DNA from: the human T2T-CHM13v2.0 reference genome, Homo sapiens
DNA length: 64,000 nucleotides
Assembly (NCBI RefSeq): GCF_009914755.1
Contig: NC_060945.1
Reading direction: 5' to 3' (one strand)
Shown here: piece after piece, positions 44,871 through 60,600 of the stretch
How positions within the stretch are numbered: position 1 is the first letter of the stretch
Layout of the letters: each line of letters starts with the position of its first letter
Notes under the pieces: generated by a model
What the model saw: only the letters and a program-made list of their open reading frames with translations
Databases searched by the model: none
Told to the model about the DNA's origin: nothing
Made by a program: the position numbers and the translations under genes

Positions 44871-45797
44871 AAAGTTCCTAAAAAATAACTGTGGGTTCAA
44901 AACAGAAAGCTAAATGAAACATTCAGCACAATCTTGTGAAATTCAGGGTTGAAAATCCTGGGGTACCAACACTAAGGGAGCTAATGGGAGGGACCTTGGA
45001 GAATTGTTTCTTCAGTTGCAGACTTCTCAATATTTTACATCCCTGTAACAGACGGCATAACCAAGGCTCCACTGACAAACATAAAGAAGAGTGTTACACC
45101 AAAAAGAAAATAAATCAATATTTTAGCTTTTCTTAAAATTCAAACAGGGCAGGGTGAAAAGGGGAGATGTGGGAGGAATTTTGCAGTAGGCAGTGACACA
45201 AGCATTCACTGATGCAATAATATTTATTGAGCACCTACTAGGTACCAGGTCTTGTGTAAGGGCCCAGTAATGCAAGATATAACAAGTCCTGGTACTACTG
45301 CCAAGGAAATTTCAGTCTGAAGGGTACTCTAGTTCACATAGTGAGGTCAATTATAATTCTATTTACCGAAGGTTGTGACAGAAACATTCACAAAATGCAA
45401 CAGAAGCATAAGTGATAGAGAAACTAATCTGACCTATGAAAAATGGAAACAACTTTCCAGAGGAGGAAAGAAAAGTACATTCTAGGCAGAAGTCTTAAAA
45501 AATATTAGGACATTGAGTTGTCCCAGTCAGGAGAGAAATAAAAAGGTGCTGGGAAGCAGGAAATTCAATGCACAGCTAAAAGTGTTGCACGATTAGGAGA
45601 GGGAGCTACAGGTTTCTTAGATTCATTTATCTTGGAAACACTCTTCAGCACCTACCATGTATCTGGCACTGTGCCAAGACCAGCAGACACACTAATAACC
45701 AAGGCGTGGAAGGGTGCTGATTATAAAGTCAAGATTGTAAAGAGTGTCAGGTGCCAAGCTAAAAAGCATGCGCTTAGCCCTGCAGACAATAAGGACA

Positions 45798-46302
45798 ATT
45801 AGGCACATACCCAGGAGAAATGAAAACATACATCCACACAAAACTGTGAGCAAATGTTTAAAGCAGCATTATGTATAATGGCCAATGGTGGAAACAGCCT
45901 ACATGTCTATCCCCTGAAGAATAGGTAAGCAAAATGCGGCTTAGCCTTACAATGGGATATCACTCAGCAATAAACTAGAGTGAAGAACTGGCACAAGCTA
46001 CAATGGGGATGACCCTCAATTACAGCCACAAAAGGCCACATACTGTATGACTCCATTCGTATGAAATGTCCAGAAGAGGGAGATCTGTAGAGACAGAAAG
46101 TCGACTAGTGGCTTACTTATGGTTAGGACTGGGTAACGGGACAGGATAGGAGGGTTTCTTTTGAAGTGATGAAAACCTGCTAAAATTGATTGTGGTGAAG
46201 GCACCTTATCTGTGAATATACTAAAAACCACTAAACTGTATGCTTTAAGTGGATTCTTTTTATGGTATCTAAATTATATTTGAATAAAGCTATTTTAAAA
46301 AG
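45798..46302 (+). mobile_element. L1MB 3' end
   Basis: cccaggagaaatgaaaacatacatccacac...catactgtatgactccatt...gaataaagctattttaaaa. Confidence 0.85.
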
Positions 46303-46804
46303 TAGGAAGTCAATGAAAGTTTTGACAATGAACAATCAATTTCCCAAATTGAAGTTTGAGAAAGTAAACACTGAGTAGACAGGGAGAGAAGACTGCAGGC
46401 AGAAAGCCTGGCTAGACTGCTCTGCTGGGAGTCTAGGCCAGCTGGGCATTGGTGGTGAGAAGGGAGAAAAAAGGCCTAATTATGGATATGTCTGATATGA
46501 TCCTACCAGCATCGGTGGGCAGGGATGTGGGAGCAAAAAGAGTGAAGAAAATAAAAAAAGTCAATAGGAGGCAAATGTAATTGCTTGCATACCCAGTTGC
46601 ACAGTTACACTATTACAAAGAGAGCCTACAAGACAGAGCTGGTTGGTAAAGGAAACAACATGTCAGTTTCACTAACGTAAAGAGGGCACTGCCCCTGGGC
46701 CACCCAATAGCAAATTGGAAATAGGAGTCCAAGACCCTAGAGACATATTTGGCAGCCAGGGAAATTTAAGTCTATCACTGGGTGAGATATTCCAAGAAAA
46801 GTGT

Positions 46805-47152
46805 TGCATTAGTTTGTTTTCACACTGCTAATAAAGACATACCCAAGACTGGGCAATTTACAAGAGAAAGGTATTTAATTGGACTTACAGTTCCACATGG
46901 CTAGGGAAGCCACAAAATCCTGGTGGAAGGCAAGGAGGAGCAAGTCACGTCTTACATGGTTGGCAGCAGGTAAAGGGAGTGAACTTGTGCAGGAAAACTT
47001 CTAACAACCGTCAGATCTCGTGAGACTTACTATCATGAGAACAGCACGGGAATGACCTGCCCCCACGATTCAATTACCTCCCACTGGGTCCCTCCCAAAA
47101 CATGTGGGAATTCAAGATGAGATTTGGGTGAGGGCACAGCCAAGGCATATCA
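46805..47152 (-). mobile_element. THE1B-like solo LTR
   Basis: THE1 consensus motifs with a perfect 5-bp TSD agtgt. Confidence 0.93.
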
Positions 47153-47224
47153 AGTGTAAAGAACAAGAAGAGACAAAAACCAGAAGTAAATCCTCAGGGA
47201 TAGGGAGTATTTTATAAGGTAGGA

Positions 47225-48405
47225 AAATATCTGACAAAAGATTTGTACCCAAAATACATAATGAACTCCTACACACCAATATAAAAAGATAGTCCAACAA
47301 AAATGGACAAAAGTGCTGGGTGCAGTAGCTGATGCCTGTAATCCCAGCACTTTTGGAGGCCGAGGTGTGTGGCTCGCTTGAGCCCAGGAATTCAAGATCA
47401 GCCTGGGGAACATAGCAAGACTCTCTCTACCAAAAATTAGCTGGGTGTGGTGGCATGCTCCTGTAGTCCCAGCTACTCAGGAGGCAGGGGTAGGAGGATC
47501 ACTTGAGCCCCAGAATTGGAAGTTGCAGTGAGCCGAGATCGCACCACTGCACTCCAGCCTGAGCGACACAGTGAGACCTTGTCTCCAAAGAAGAAAAACA
47601 CACACACACACACACAAGGTGTGAACAGTCACTTCACAAAGGCCAATATATAAATGGCCAATAAGCACATTAAAAAGTGCTTCAATGCCACTGGTCATTA
47701 AGAAAAAGTAAATTAAAAGTACAGTGGGGTACTACTACACATCCACCAAAATAACTACAATGGAAAAGACAGAATATATTGAGGGTCTTAAGAATGTGGA
47801 GCAACAAGACCCTCAAACAATGCAGGTAGTAATGTAAATCAGTAGTTATTGTGGAAAATTATTAGCCTCTACTAAAGGGAACACATGTGTACACTGTGAC
47901 TCAACAATTTCACTCCTAAGTATTTATACAACAAAAGCACATGCATATGTCCATCAAAAAATACACGCTGGAATATCTACAGCAGCAACACGTTGTAACA
48001 GTCACAAACTGAAAACTTACCAAATATCGATCAATAATAAAATTGATACATCGTGATATATTGGCACCTTGAATCACTACATACTGATAACAATGAACAA
48101 TCTGCACATAAAATATTATAAATCACACAACTATAATGGTGAAGAAAAGCAAAAAGACACCAAAGGGATTTACACTGTATTGTTCCATTTATATCAAACA
48201 TCAAAATAGGAAAAACTAATCTATGATGTTGAGAGTCAGAATAAAGTTTGCCCGTGGGGGTGGGGTCAGGTGCAGAGAATGGAAAGGGCCATGAGGTGGC
48301 ATCCAAGGTGCAGGCTATGTTCTTTTTCTTGATCTGGGTGCTGGGCACACTGCATGTGTACACAGTGATTTGCATGTATGTAACATTTCAATTAAAAAAT
48401 TAAAA
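47225..48405 (+). mobile_element. L1ME-type 3' region interrupted by an AluJ
   Basis: atatctgacaaaag...aaaatggacaaaag [Alu] gaacagtcacttcacaaa...aatggccaataagcac. Confidence 0.8.
47314..47616 (+). mobile_element. AluJ with (CA)n tail
   Basis: Dimeric Alu, J-type, followed by a CA repeat. Confidence 0.9.
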
Positions 48406-49019
48406 GAGTTTAAAGAAATTGGAAAAAAATCATGAAGGAGATAAATAGGAAATTAGGAGATCAGTAGCTCAAACCCTAGAGAGTGATGTCTTAGAAACAA
48501 AAAGACATTTTGAGACGTTAACCAACAGTTTTCAACACTGTCAATTGCTTCAGAGAGGTCAGAAAACATGAGAACTAAAACAGGCTATCGAATTTGCAAA
48601 TTGGGTACATTAATTTTGAATGGAAATGCCATTTGGGTTCAAGTTAGCTTTATTGATTTCATAGGAATACGTGAGTGGGTATGCTTACTAAAATGAACTG
48701 CTTGTGTAAAGGTCTTCCAAAATGAAAGGGAATATAACTTAGCCTTAGGTAAACATATCTAGAAAGCATAACATTTAGCTGATTCTGAGACTCCAAAATG
48801 GTTTTTTCTTTGGATAAATGCTTAGAAATTCAGTGTCATCTCGATCAGACAATCACAAATCAGTTAAATGATGGGCTTATAATGACTTGGAAAGCATTCC
48901 AAGGCTTCTATGAAGTGATTCCAAGTCAGGTTATTAAAATGTGCTCATATGTTATAGCAATTTTGCCTTTAACGTTAATATATTTCACTCATTCTATCTA
49001 CTCCCAAGCTGTGAAATGA

Positions 49020-51530
49020 TGTTGCAACTGTCATCACTTAGAAATATGAAATTCTGTCTCTGTCCATCATAAAACAACAAACAAAAACACAGAAACAAGA
49101 ACTGGATTTACTCTATGTCTTCACTAAAGTTTCAGACAGTACAGAAAAAAAAAAAATGAAAGAAGGAAACAAACAAAGTGGACCTTATGAGTGGCCCAGC
49201 TTACTTCCTGAGTTTCTAAGATAATTCCAAAAGGAGGAAATTTGAATAAAACTTGGTTATATTGTGGGGTTAGGGGGACCAAGTATGACACTTGAGGGGA
49301 CTAAGGCTGCTAGAATTTACAAAGTGGAAAGAAGGAAGTTATATAGAGAGGGAGCTCCAGAGAGCGGAAGGAGCTTCCAGTTGATGAGTCCTTAACTGTG
49401 TGCTGATATTTGCATGCGTGTAAGAAAACTACCAAGGTTGGATTAGGAACACCAGAAAGAAGTGGGTGAAAATCTGTGAAGCTCACACAGGGGAGAAAAT
49501 AGTTCATGTTTCAACCAGCAAAAGAGGTAAGAACTTCTAATAAATAGAACATCAGATTGAGTATTCAGAAATGTATCACACAGCTGCAGGGGACAAATTA
49601 ATCATAACAAAATTTAAAAGTGATCCTAGAAGGGAACAAACTGAGTCTAAGTAATTGAACTGCACAACAAAAAACTTTGATGATAATTAATAGAAACCAA
49701 CAATCAATCAATAATATAAAATTTACAATGTCTGTCATTCAATAAAAAATTGGACACAATAAGGGAAATATGGCATATTATTAGGAGTAAACTATTCCAC
49801 AGAAAGACACATAAATGAGAGATGATACAATTTGCAAGCATGGATATTAACATCACTCTTATAAATATTCTGTCAATATGTACAAGACAGTAGGAAAAAG
49901 GAAGAGCTCATTGATGAGAGAAATGGAGAAAATACAAACAGCCAAGCTGCAAATAAAACAGTCAAATGGACCTTCTAGAGATTCAAAATGTAATATATGA
50001 AATGAAAGTTAGACAAATAGGATTAATGGCAGATTACACCCTTCAGAAGAAACTGTCAATGAACCAGAAAACAGAGCAATTAAAACTACCCAAATTGAAA
50101 AACAAACTTTAAAAAGGCTTAAAAACAGTAAACACAAAACTGGTGAGATGTGGGCCAATATCGTTTGGCCTAATATACGTATAATTGGAGTTCTAGGATG
50201 AAAATGAGATACAGAAAAAAAATCGAACAATTAATATACAGAAGTTTCAAACTTTAATGAACACTAGAACCTCAACTATCCATCAAATTCAACAAACACC
50301 AAACAGAAGCATGTAGAAAACCACAACATGACACATGATTAAATTGTTCAAATCCAACATAAAGAAAAAAACTTAAAGGCAACCAGATTAAAAAATAAAT
50401 ACATGTTATATTTAGAGAAACAAAGATAAGAATGACAGCAGACTTCTCATCAGAAACAACGCAAAACAGAAGACAAGGGGAGAGAAATTTGAAGCATTTT
50501 TTTAAAAAAAAGACAGGAAAGAAAAACTGTCAACCTAAAGCTCTATATGCAGAAAAATTTTCATAAAGACAAAATAACTTTCTAGACATTCCAAAGCTGA
50601 GAATTCATTGTCAGTAGACTAGCAATACAAAAATCGTTAAAATCTTTCAGGAAGAAAAGAAATAATATCAGATGCAAATTTGTGACTTCATAAAGAAATG
50701 AAGAGTGACAAAAATGTTAAGCATGTGGGTGAATATAAAATCATATTTTCTCACTTTAAATCATCAAAAGATACATTACTGTTAAGGCAATAATAATGCA
50801 TTGTGTGGTTTGTAACATATAGATAAAATGAATAACAATATTAACACAAAGGCAGGAGGAAGGAGGAAATAAAAATTTATTGTTGTAAGGTCCTTCTATA
50901 AATTAAGTGGTATTATTTGAAAGTAAGCCATGTTACTTTGAAGATGGACATTGTAAACTCTAAAAGCAACCACTTACAAAGCAAAATAAAAACAAAACTT
51001 ACATGTTAATCCTTTAATGCAGGTAAAATTGACAATTTAAAAAATACTCCATTAATCCAAAAGAAGGCAAGAAAGAGAAAAATAAAGGAACAGAGGACAG
51101 ATAGAAAAAATAGGGAGCAATTAGCAAGATGATAGGTTTAAACGAAACCAAATTGACCATCACATTAAATATAAATTGCCTAAACACTCTTAAAAGTAAA
51201 ACATTGTCAGATTGAATAAAAAATAAATACCTAACTATACGCTATCCAGGAGAAATTCTATTATAAAGAAACTGATAGACCAAAAGTAAAAAAAATAGAA
51301 AAAATATAAGCTAACACTACTCTAAAGAAAGTGGGAGTGATTATATTAATATCAAAGTAGATTTTAGAATAAGAAATATTACTAGGGACAGATGGTTATT
51401 CCCTAATGATAAAGTGGTCAATTCATCAAGGTGACATAACAATCCTAAATGTCTATGTACCTAATAAAAGAGCTTCAGAGGACATGAAGCAAATCTGCTG
51501 GAATTAAAGTGAAAAATATAAAATCCAAAA
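49020..51530 (+). mobile_element. Old L1M 5' region, ORF1 and ORF2 endonuclease remnants
   Basis: A-rich; gaatgacagcagacttctcatcagaaacaa (ORF1); aatgataaagtggtcaattcatcaag...aatcctaaatgtctatgtacctaa (EN domain). Confidence 0.8.
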
Positions 51531-54299
51531 GGAGAACTGAGAGCTGGGTCTCTCTCGCTCTTTTTTTTTTTTTTTAGTGCTAATTACCATTAGGGTAACG
51601 TAACAGTGTTTTTTGTTGAGATGTAGGTTGCATTCTTGAATGTTGGAGGTTAAGAAACTGTGAGTAGAAAAAATCCAATGTCATCTCACAGCTGTCATAC
51701 ACTAGGGTCTGGCCACGCTGGTCTCCTCAGTGTCCTAGGTCCCCAATCCCCTTCCAACTCGGGGTCTGTGCTGGTACTAGGCTCTTAGCTGGAACACTTC
51801 ACCCTCCTTTATCCAATTAACTCCTACTCATTCATTGAATGTCAGCTAAACACCAATTCCTTAGAATTTATTCCCGGTCTTCTACCTTTCATACTAGACA
51901 CCGTGTCCTACCTTTCAGCTTCTTGCATCACACTGTCATCAATGTTTTCATAGCTATTTTGCATGTGCACCCCACTCCATTGCAATCTAGAAGAGGGGCA
52001 GCATGCTTCATAGGAGATGATGCAATCTTATTCTTAGAGGCAGCTGGTGTGCTGGCTAATACATAATAGAAGCCCTCACATTTTTTATTGAATGCATAAA
52101 TAAATGTTTAAAAGAAAAATATTATGGTTTTCATACTACATATAACTAAAGAGATTCCTTTTAAGAAGTAACAATCTGTATTTTATATACATCATCTACT
52201 ATAATCTAAATTCCATTATATAGATATCAAGGGACCACAAGGATGAGTGGCTGACAAAAAGAATTTCTGAGGTGCTATAAGAACACACTTCGAAGATTTT
52301 AGCTACTTTGTGTAAGAATGTTCTTTTTATCCAATATTTGTACTTATTTTGCAACAAGAAGGAAAAAGCCTGATTTTTGCCATGGGTTTTACAAAGCTCT
52401 GGAGAAAAAAAGTAAAAATAAATTAGTGTTTTACCCAGAAAATGTCTGAGTATTGTTTGCAATCCATTTCTAGAGTACTACTTCCATATGTGTATAGGGA
52501 ATTCATTTTAGAGATAAAAGTCTCTCCATCCCTTTGGATGGATTAAAGTCACTCTCATTAACATTGCTAGGGGTTAAGTGTACATTTTCAGAGAGGAATA
52601 TAGAATCTGTAATGAATAATATGTATGTGGTTTACTACGTTCCGGCATTTACATTTTAAGCTCAAAGGTTTCAAAAGGCATGAAAGTGGCTAGCGATTTG
52701 GAAGGAGCAGAAGACCCAGTGAGCATTATGATCACAGGCAGTAAAGCACATGAATAAACCAAAATGATGTAAATGGCTCCTTAGGATTCGGAAGCATAAA
52801 AACTGGGGAACAAGAATAGAACAAACGAATGAAGAAAGAGTACAGAGTTATGTAAAGAATTACAAATGAAGAAAATCAGCAGAAATAACAGAGAAATAAA
52901 GATAACATCACAATAATGTTAACAGAATTGCTTTCTGCAGATTAAGAGGCAAAGAGTTGGAGAGAGAGGGAAAAAATTACAAAATTGAATGTCCAAAAAC
53001 ATGGCAATGTGAAATAGCAACAAAAAAACAGTGAAGCAACAATAAAGTAAGATTATCAAAGGGAAGGGGAGGAGGACGTTAACCAAAGCCAACTGAATCA
53101 TTTCTCCTATGATTAAAGAAGAAAATGAATTATAACCAGAGACTGACTGGTACCTCAGCATAAAAATGTAAAATCCAAGTTCGGTAATTAAACCTTTCAC
53201 TCCAGCATTAAGTGAAAACACTGAAGTGAAATGACAAAAAGACATAAATTCTTCTTAGTTTCATTGACTAATACACTGTTGAGCATTATTTTCTTTTGCT
53301 AGAACTTCACTATGTTCAGAAGTGCTTCATTTTTCATTTTGCTCTGACCTAAGGACTTACAGAAATCTAATGTTTTAAGTAATTTCTTTCTTCATGTAAC
53401 GCACAGGTTTAAGTTTCAGAAACAAAATAAATGACCATTCTCATAAATGCAAATACACCCTAAGTCATGAGTGATGACAATTTTTAAAAAAACTTTGAAA
53501 GACTCTTTAAGGATTGACTCCAGTCTAATCTGGTCCCTCGAATTTACCAGCCTTTCCAGGGTTTGCTCTGAATGAGAGACTGGCTCACTGGCTTCCTCTA
53601 GTATGACTTCTTTTGGCTTTCTCCACAATGTTAAATCCATTGCCATTGGCATCTCATGACTGCCAGCATCTCATCTCTCTTCCCCTTTGTCCTTAGAGTG
53701 TTTGTAAATCCCTTTATTTCCATGTTAATGAAGCTTCTGTGGCAGGATGAGGGAGCAATGACAAAGTGTAGATGTCCAGTTGCCTTTTCTTATCAGCAAT
53801 GCCTACTGTCGCCAAAGCAGTGATGGAAAAAAAACCTGCGTCCGGGCTCCAGGTATGAGGTACTCTTCTATCTTCCCAGAGGACATTGGGGAATACTGCA
53901 TGAATGAAACTCACCTGACTTTACCATCCCTTGTACTCATACCACCTGATCCAGTTCTGTATTTTTGCCCTTGCATATCAACAGACTGTTCGTATATGTG
54001 ACTTTATTCATTGCCAAAACATTTGTACCTTGAATGCAGCAAAGGGGGCATTGTCATCCTTGTAAACCGTGTGCTCACACAGCACTGAGTGTATGGACAA
54101 TGCAATCAACACTTAAATGTAACCGAAGGCAGACCTCTGTGGAGGTGGAAAAAGCATTTCTTTGTGAGAAAAGGTGCCATCATTTCTGGGGTTCTCTGTA
54201 GTTGGAACCTGCTCTCAGGTTCTGACCTAGGAGTGTGGAGACCAAGGGCCTGCCTTTTCTGGACCTCAGTGTGCAGCCATTTATAAAGCAAGGTGTGAC

Positions 54300-55020
54300 T
54301 GACCTAGAATTCCATACTCAAAGTATCAAACAAGTAAACGAGGACAATTTTAGATCATGCAAAGTCAAAATTTTGACCTCTCATGTACCCTTCTTCAAAA
54401 AGCAATTAAAAAATGAATTAAAAGGTTGCAAACTCAGAAAGAACATACGATATCCAGAAAACAGACGGTACAACATAGGTGAGAAACAAAAAGAATTTCC
54501 AGAATAACTGTGAACGATAACAGAACAACAAACATACAGCAGAAATCAGTCCAGATTAAAGCAGAAAGAAGGCTCCTGGAGAGATGTTTCCAGGAAAAAA
54601 ATAAACATTCAAGCACGCTAATGCATCTGAATGTATTAAGAAGAGTGTTTAGTCCGTTGGAGAATTTGGGGAATGAATTAGTAACACATGCAGTGAAAAC
54701 TAAGTAAACAAAGAAGCAAGTGATTATTAATCCTAGGAAAAACACAAAGCTGTAATAGAAAAAGTGTTCATCATATACTATGTGGCTCAGCTGTAGCTAA
54801 TATTTACATAGTCATAATAATGTAAATCATAAATATTGATCTAACCCCAAATGGTAGTATCATTATATAGATAAAATAGAAAAAGATAAGAAAAGAGGGC
54901 ATTCACAGTCCATAAAATCAAGGTAAATCCATATCTAAACTTGAAAGATTAAGAATTTCAGTGTAAAAAGATAACTTAAAAATATGGGTCTGAACATAGA
55001 AGAGTCAGCTTTAACAGGAA
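54300..55020 (+). mobile_element. HAL1/L1ME-like remnant
   Basis: ctagaattccatactc..., gtggctcagctgt...atatttacatagtcataataatgtaaa. Confidence 0.45.
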
Positions 55021-55169
55021 AAAAAAAAATACTCACAGAAAGCAAAGTCTGTAAGTGAGTGTGTTTCCAGAGAGTTTGTCTAATTCCAATCATGATCAGA
55101 AGGAGCCCAAACCAACCCTATGCGGAACAGTGCCTTCCAAGTGGACGCAGCACAATTTGTCTGATTCTC

Positions 55170-55576
55170 TGCTATGGTTTGAATGTTTGCCCCCACTCGA
55201 ACTCATGTTGAAATTTAATCCCCAATGTGGCAGTATTGAGGGGTAGAGCCTTTAAGAGGTTATTGGGTCATGTAGGCTCTGCCCTCATGAATAGATCAAT
55301 CCATGAATGGATTGATGGAGTAATGGATTAATTGATTAGTGGGTGGGTTGTCATGGAAGTGGGACTGGTGACTTTATAAGAAGAGGAGGAGAGATCTGAG
55401 CTGGCATACCCAGCCCCCTCTTCTCTGAGTCCCCATCAGCAAAAAGACCCTCACCAAATGTGGCCCTTCAACCTTGGACTTCTTAGCCTCCATAATTGGA
55501 GGAAATCAATATATCATTTCTCTATAATACCAGTGTCAGGCATTCTGTTACAAACAACAAAAAACAAAATAAGACA
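55170..55576 (+). mobile_element. MaLR solo LTR (MSTB/C-like)
   Basis: tgctatggtttgaatgtttg...aataagaca with a perfect TSD ttctc. Confidence 0.9.
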
Positions 55577-55939
55577 TTCTCACCTACATCAGTCAGCTGG
55601 AGACTAATGACGCCCCACAGGCTCTCAATGATGGAAAACACACGATGCTGAAATCTCGCCTACAGAGGCTTATTTAGGAGTCTCAAACACGCAAGACTTT
55701 AAAAAATCTGTTGATTGGAACCCTGGTTAAATTATTGTCCTAATTTCCTTGTCCACTTAGCTATGCCCCTGTTCTGGGATCCAGTATTCTTAAAACTTCA
55801 AGAAGTTTTCTTGCCTTCCTCCTCATGTATGTGATTCTTCTGCACATTTGTTAGTACTTCAGAAAAAAATTAATAAGAGTCACATAAGGTATACTCAAAA
55901 ATATCCTTAAAATATGAGAGTTTTAATCGAAGAAGTAAA

Positions 55940-56800
55940 AAGCATCATTCTTAACAGTTGCCCAACCCAAACATGTGGGTGCTTGTAGAGGTCCCTGTTT
56001 TCCTCATATCTTATATTCACAGCATCAATAAGTCTCTTAGCTGTACCCTCAAAATATACCCTGCATCTGCCTTGTGCCATCTCCTCTGCCACTCCCTGGT
56101 CCAATCCACCATCACCTCTCCCTGGTGCCCAATGGGTCTCTCTGCTTCTACCCTGGTCCCCTACACACACACTCTCATCCATCAGCTCCATCAGTGAGAG
56201 TGATCCAGTTAAGATGGCTCAGGCCATCTCTGGCCTCTGTTCTGAGCTTTTGAGGACCCCATTCTCCAGGTAAAAGCCTATCTTCCTACAGGATCCATCC
56301 TCACTGTTTCTTCTCTGATGTCATCTCCTACCACCCTCCCCTGGGGATCCCACCGCAGCCACACTGGCCTCCTTGTCGTCTCTAGACCACCCCTGCAGGC
56401 TCCCACCTCTGGGTCTCTGTACCTGCTCTCCCTCCACCTGGGATGTTTTTCTCCCAGAAACTCCCTGGCTCACCTTTTCCAGCCTTGGCTGTGCCGTCTC
56501 CCCCTCAGGGATGCTTCCCCTGACTGCCTGGTAAAGATGGCGGCACTTCCACTACTGCAGCGCCCCCTCCGACCCACGCCTGCACTTACTCCCCATGGCC
56601 CTCAGCGTCTTTAGTGCACTCGATCATTTACCTATTTGTTATACTTGCTTCAACTGTCTGCCTCTAAACCTATCCTAAAATTTTGGTCCCTAAAAAGTAA
56701 ATATTTTGGTTGATTTTATTCCCTGATGTATTCCCAATTCCTACAATAGTTTCTAGCATGTAGCAAAGAGTCTCAACAAATATTTAATACTTCTTGAACA
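55940..56800 (+). mobile_element. L2 (L2a-like) 3' region
   Basis: ctcaaaatatacc...ccctggtccaatccaccatcacctctc...ctcaacaaatatt. Confidence 0.75.
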
Positions 56801-56889
56801 CAAGACTGTTAGGCTAAATTCAATTAAATATCAATAAGTCTCAGTGACATATAGTGTTTTAAAATTAAACATTCACTATAAATGATTCT

Positions 56890-57188
<299 letters not shown>

Positions 57189-57569
57189 CACTACAAATGA
57201 TTCTGAATGCCGCCTCTCCATTTGCACAGCACCTTAGGCCCTTCCCAAGCATTTTCACCCATCATTGTCACATTTAATCCTATAGATGTTTATTCTTACA
57301 GACTGCACTAGGTGAGAAGTCAGAGCTCTAGAGAAGAGAAGGAAATTAGTTACCCTGGATTCCGTATTGTGTGTCAGCAAAGCACCAAGATGCCCAAGTG
57401 TGCTCCTTCACTCAGTGGTAATGCATCTACACGTGGCAATATTTCAATCTCCACTGACATGGGTCGCTAGCCCCGTGTCTGCCAAGAAAATATCACCAAG
57501 TGCATTATCAAACTTTATATTCAAAGCTGTAACTATTGCTTCTGTTCTTGGCATGATTAAATAATTAGC

Positions 57570-57770
57570 TTTTATGGAATACACATTATGTGCTAGGATT
57601 ATGCTAAGTAATCTAAATACAAAACCTTATTTTAATCCTCAAACTACACCTCACAGGCTGCTATTGCTGCTATTTTTATGTCAGAGATGAGAAACCATAT
57701 AAACTTTGAACTCTGTCGTGAGGAACAGAGCTGGGATTTGGTGCTAGGTTGTCAGTTAAGCAGTGACTGT
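57570..57770 (-). mobile_element. MIR fragment
   Basis: atgtgctagg...ttttaatcctca...cagagatgagaaac...agagctgggatttg. Confidence 0.6.
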
Positions 57771-59901
57771 GTTTGGGCTCAGAACCCTTTAAGAATGAGA
57801 AGAAAGTGCTGCACTCTGTCATGAACAAAAAGGACACACACAGTTCTGTTTCCAGCTCCTTAAAGGTCCAAATCCCCACTTAAAACACCTTTGATCTAAA
57901 CATTGCTGCAGATTATTTAAAATTCTCATAATAAGATGTGCTTGGGCTAGGTATGCCGTGTAGTCCTTGGAGCTCATCTAAAGCCTTATAAACTGAATCG
58001 TGTTCCTTTGTAATCACTTAACATTTAGATAGATTGAGGTTCAGTAATCAGATCTTTAAGTCACAGCCACACAAAAACAAGACAACTCTGCTAACATGTC
58101 TTTGGTTATAACATTTATTTCCTGTTTCTTTTTTTGTTGTGTTCTATAAAATCTTAATGACCTACTTTCATATACTTCTTCCAGAATTAAAACTATGATC
58201 AAAAATTGAAAAAACCAAACCAGAAAACATGATTTTTAGAGTGGCTTCCTCCAAAGACATCCTCTAGGCCAGATCCATGGTGAAAATGTAGCACATTCAA
58301 CATACACTGTGGTATTAATGCTAATTTACAACTGCACTACAACCAAATCTCAGTTGGAATTCATTAATTTTGACAGTTTGCCTATCACACTAGAATGAAT
58401 TCGCCGAGTCACAGAAACGTCTCTGAAAAGAGAAGAATCACATTCTCCTTGCTATTAAGTATTCATAACAGACTGGAGTTGAACATTCTCAAGGCAACTA
58501 GACATACCATTAATAATCCCAGAACCTATGAAATGTGGCTTGGGCTTCACCGAGCAGAAACCCGTAGCCACTCAGGTCTCTTTCCTTCTATACCTAATAT
58601 GCACCAGCTGTGTAATGGGCTCCGAAGAGCCTCCGGGGCGCAGGAGGTCATAAAATAGAGTCCATTATTCCACATTGGAAATTTGACTTGATTTGGACTT
58701 GACACTTCATTTGGAGAAATGTCCTGGAGGCATAATTTTTTCTGGAAGTTTGGGGTTGGGGTGAGTGGCTGGCTGTTGCAAATGAATCCTGTGGAACATT
58801 TTTAAACTTAAAGGAATGAGACTTCTTAAATATTTCCTTCATGATGACTTCTCAAAATAAAATTGAGTTGTAAAGTCTGAAAGTTATTACTGGAATGTTT
58901 TAAATTAAACCGACCCAGGATCGCAGATTTCCAAGAGAGAGTGTGAAGACCGTGCCAGTCACAGCATTTTCCACCGTTTGATAAAAATCAAATCTTATCT
59001 GTAAAGACATAACTGTTCTAAGATTTTATAAGCAGAAAATAACGCCCATAGCATCTATCAAGGATGCCCCAGGGCCACAAGCCTGGCACGCTGTCCAGCC
59101 CATGATGCTGTCTCTATAAGAGGCCACCTGATGTGATGTGCTGGAAGACTGTTGCCAAGGCAACACAAACTGCAAGAGAGGAGGGGGTGGGAGCAAGACC
59201 CCGGACTCACAATACCCCAGATTTCAAATCAGTAGATTTAGAGTATTTGCATATTTTGGGGCACCTAGAGTACAATGTTAACAATATAGCACATGCAACT
59301 TGCTCAATGATTACTAAAGCCCAAAACAGAAATTGTTACAAAATATTATGGAATGATCCTGTTACCATCAGAAAAATGTTTAGCCCATAGAAAGTAAACC
59401 TATGACCCCAAGTCACTACCTAAAGACCTATTTTTATGTTTGCATATTTGGACCAACTCTATGCATTTAAAAACAAAATAATTTACATATTTATTGTTTC
59501 TCTCATACTTTTAAAGTATGAGGCCAGTAAACTAGAATGTCAGAGGCAACAAATATGAGCTTCGGTAAGGAAGGTTTGGTAATAAGGATGTGAGCCATAA
59601 GCATGACTGTTCTGAAGAAGTATTTAGGAATGGGTCAAAGTCAACCTTACAGATTCTGAAGTAACACAAAATTAGGCTAGTATTAACTTTGTTGTATTTA
59701 ATGTTTTCATTAGTCACTTAAACACAGGTAGTATGATAGGAGTGATAGTGAGAATAATGTTAACAAGAAGACAATTTCACTAAATACCAGGACAGACACT
59801 GCATGATCTCATGGAATTCCCCATCAACCCACAAGGCAGTTGCAATCATGGTCCTCATGATAAGGAGGGGAAAGTTGAGGCTATAGCTCATGGGGCGGTG
59901 A

Positions 59902-60600
<699 letters not shown>

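Noticed and set aside
55294-55315. 22-bp near-perfect palindrome atcaatccatgaatggattgat
   Set aside because: Lies within the MST LTR, whose consensus has a similar palindrome; a family feature.
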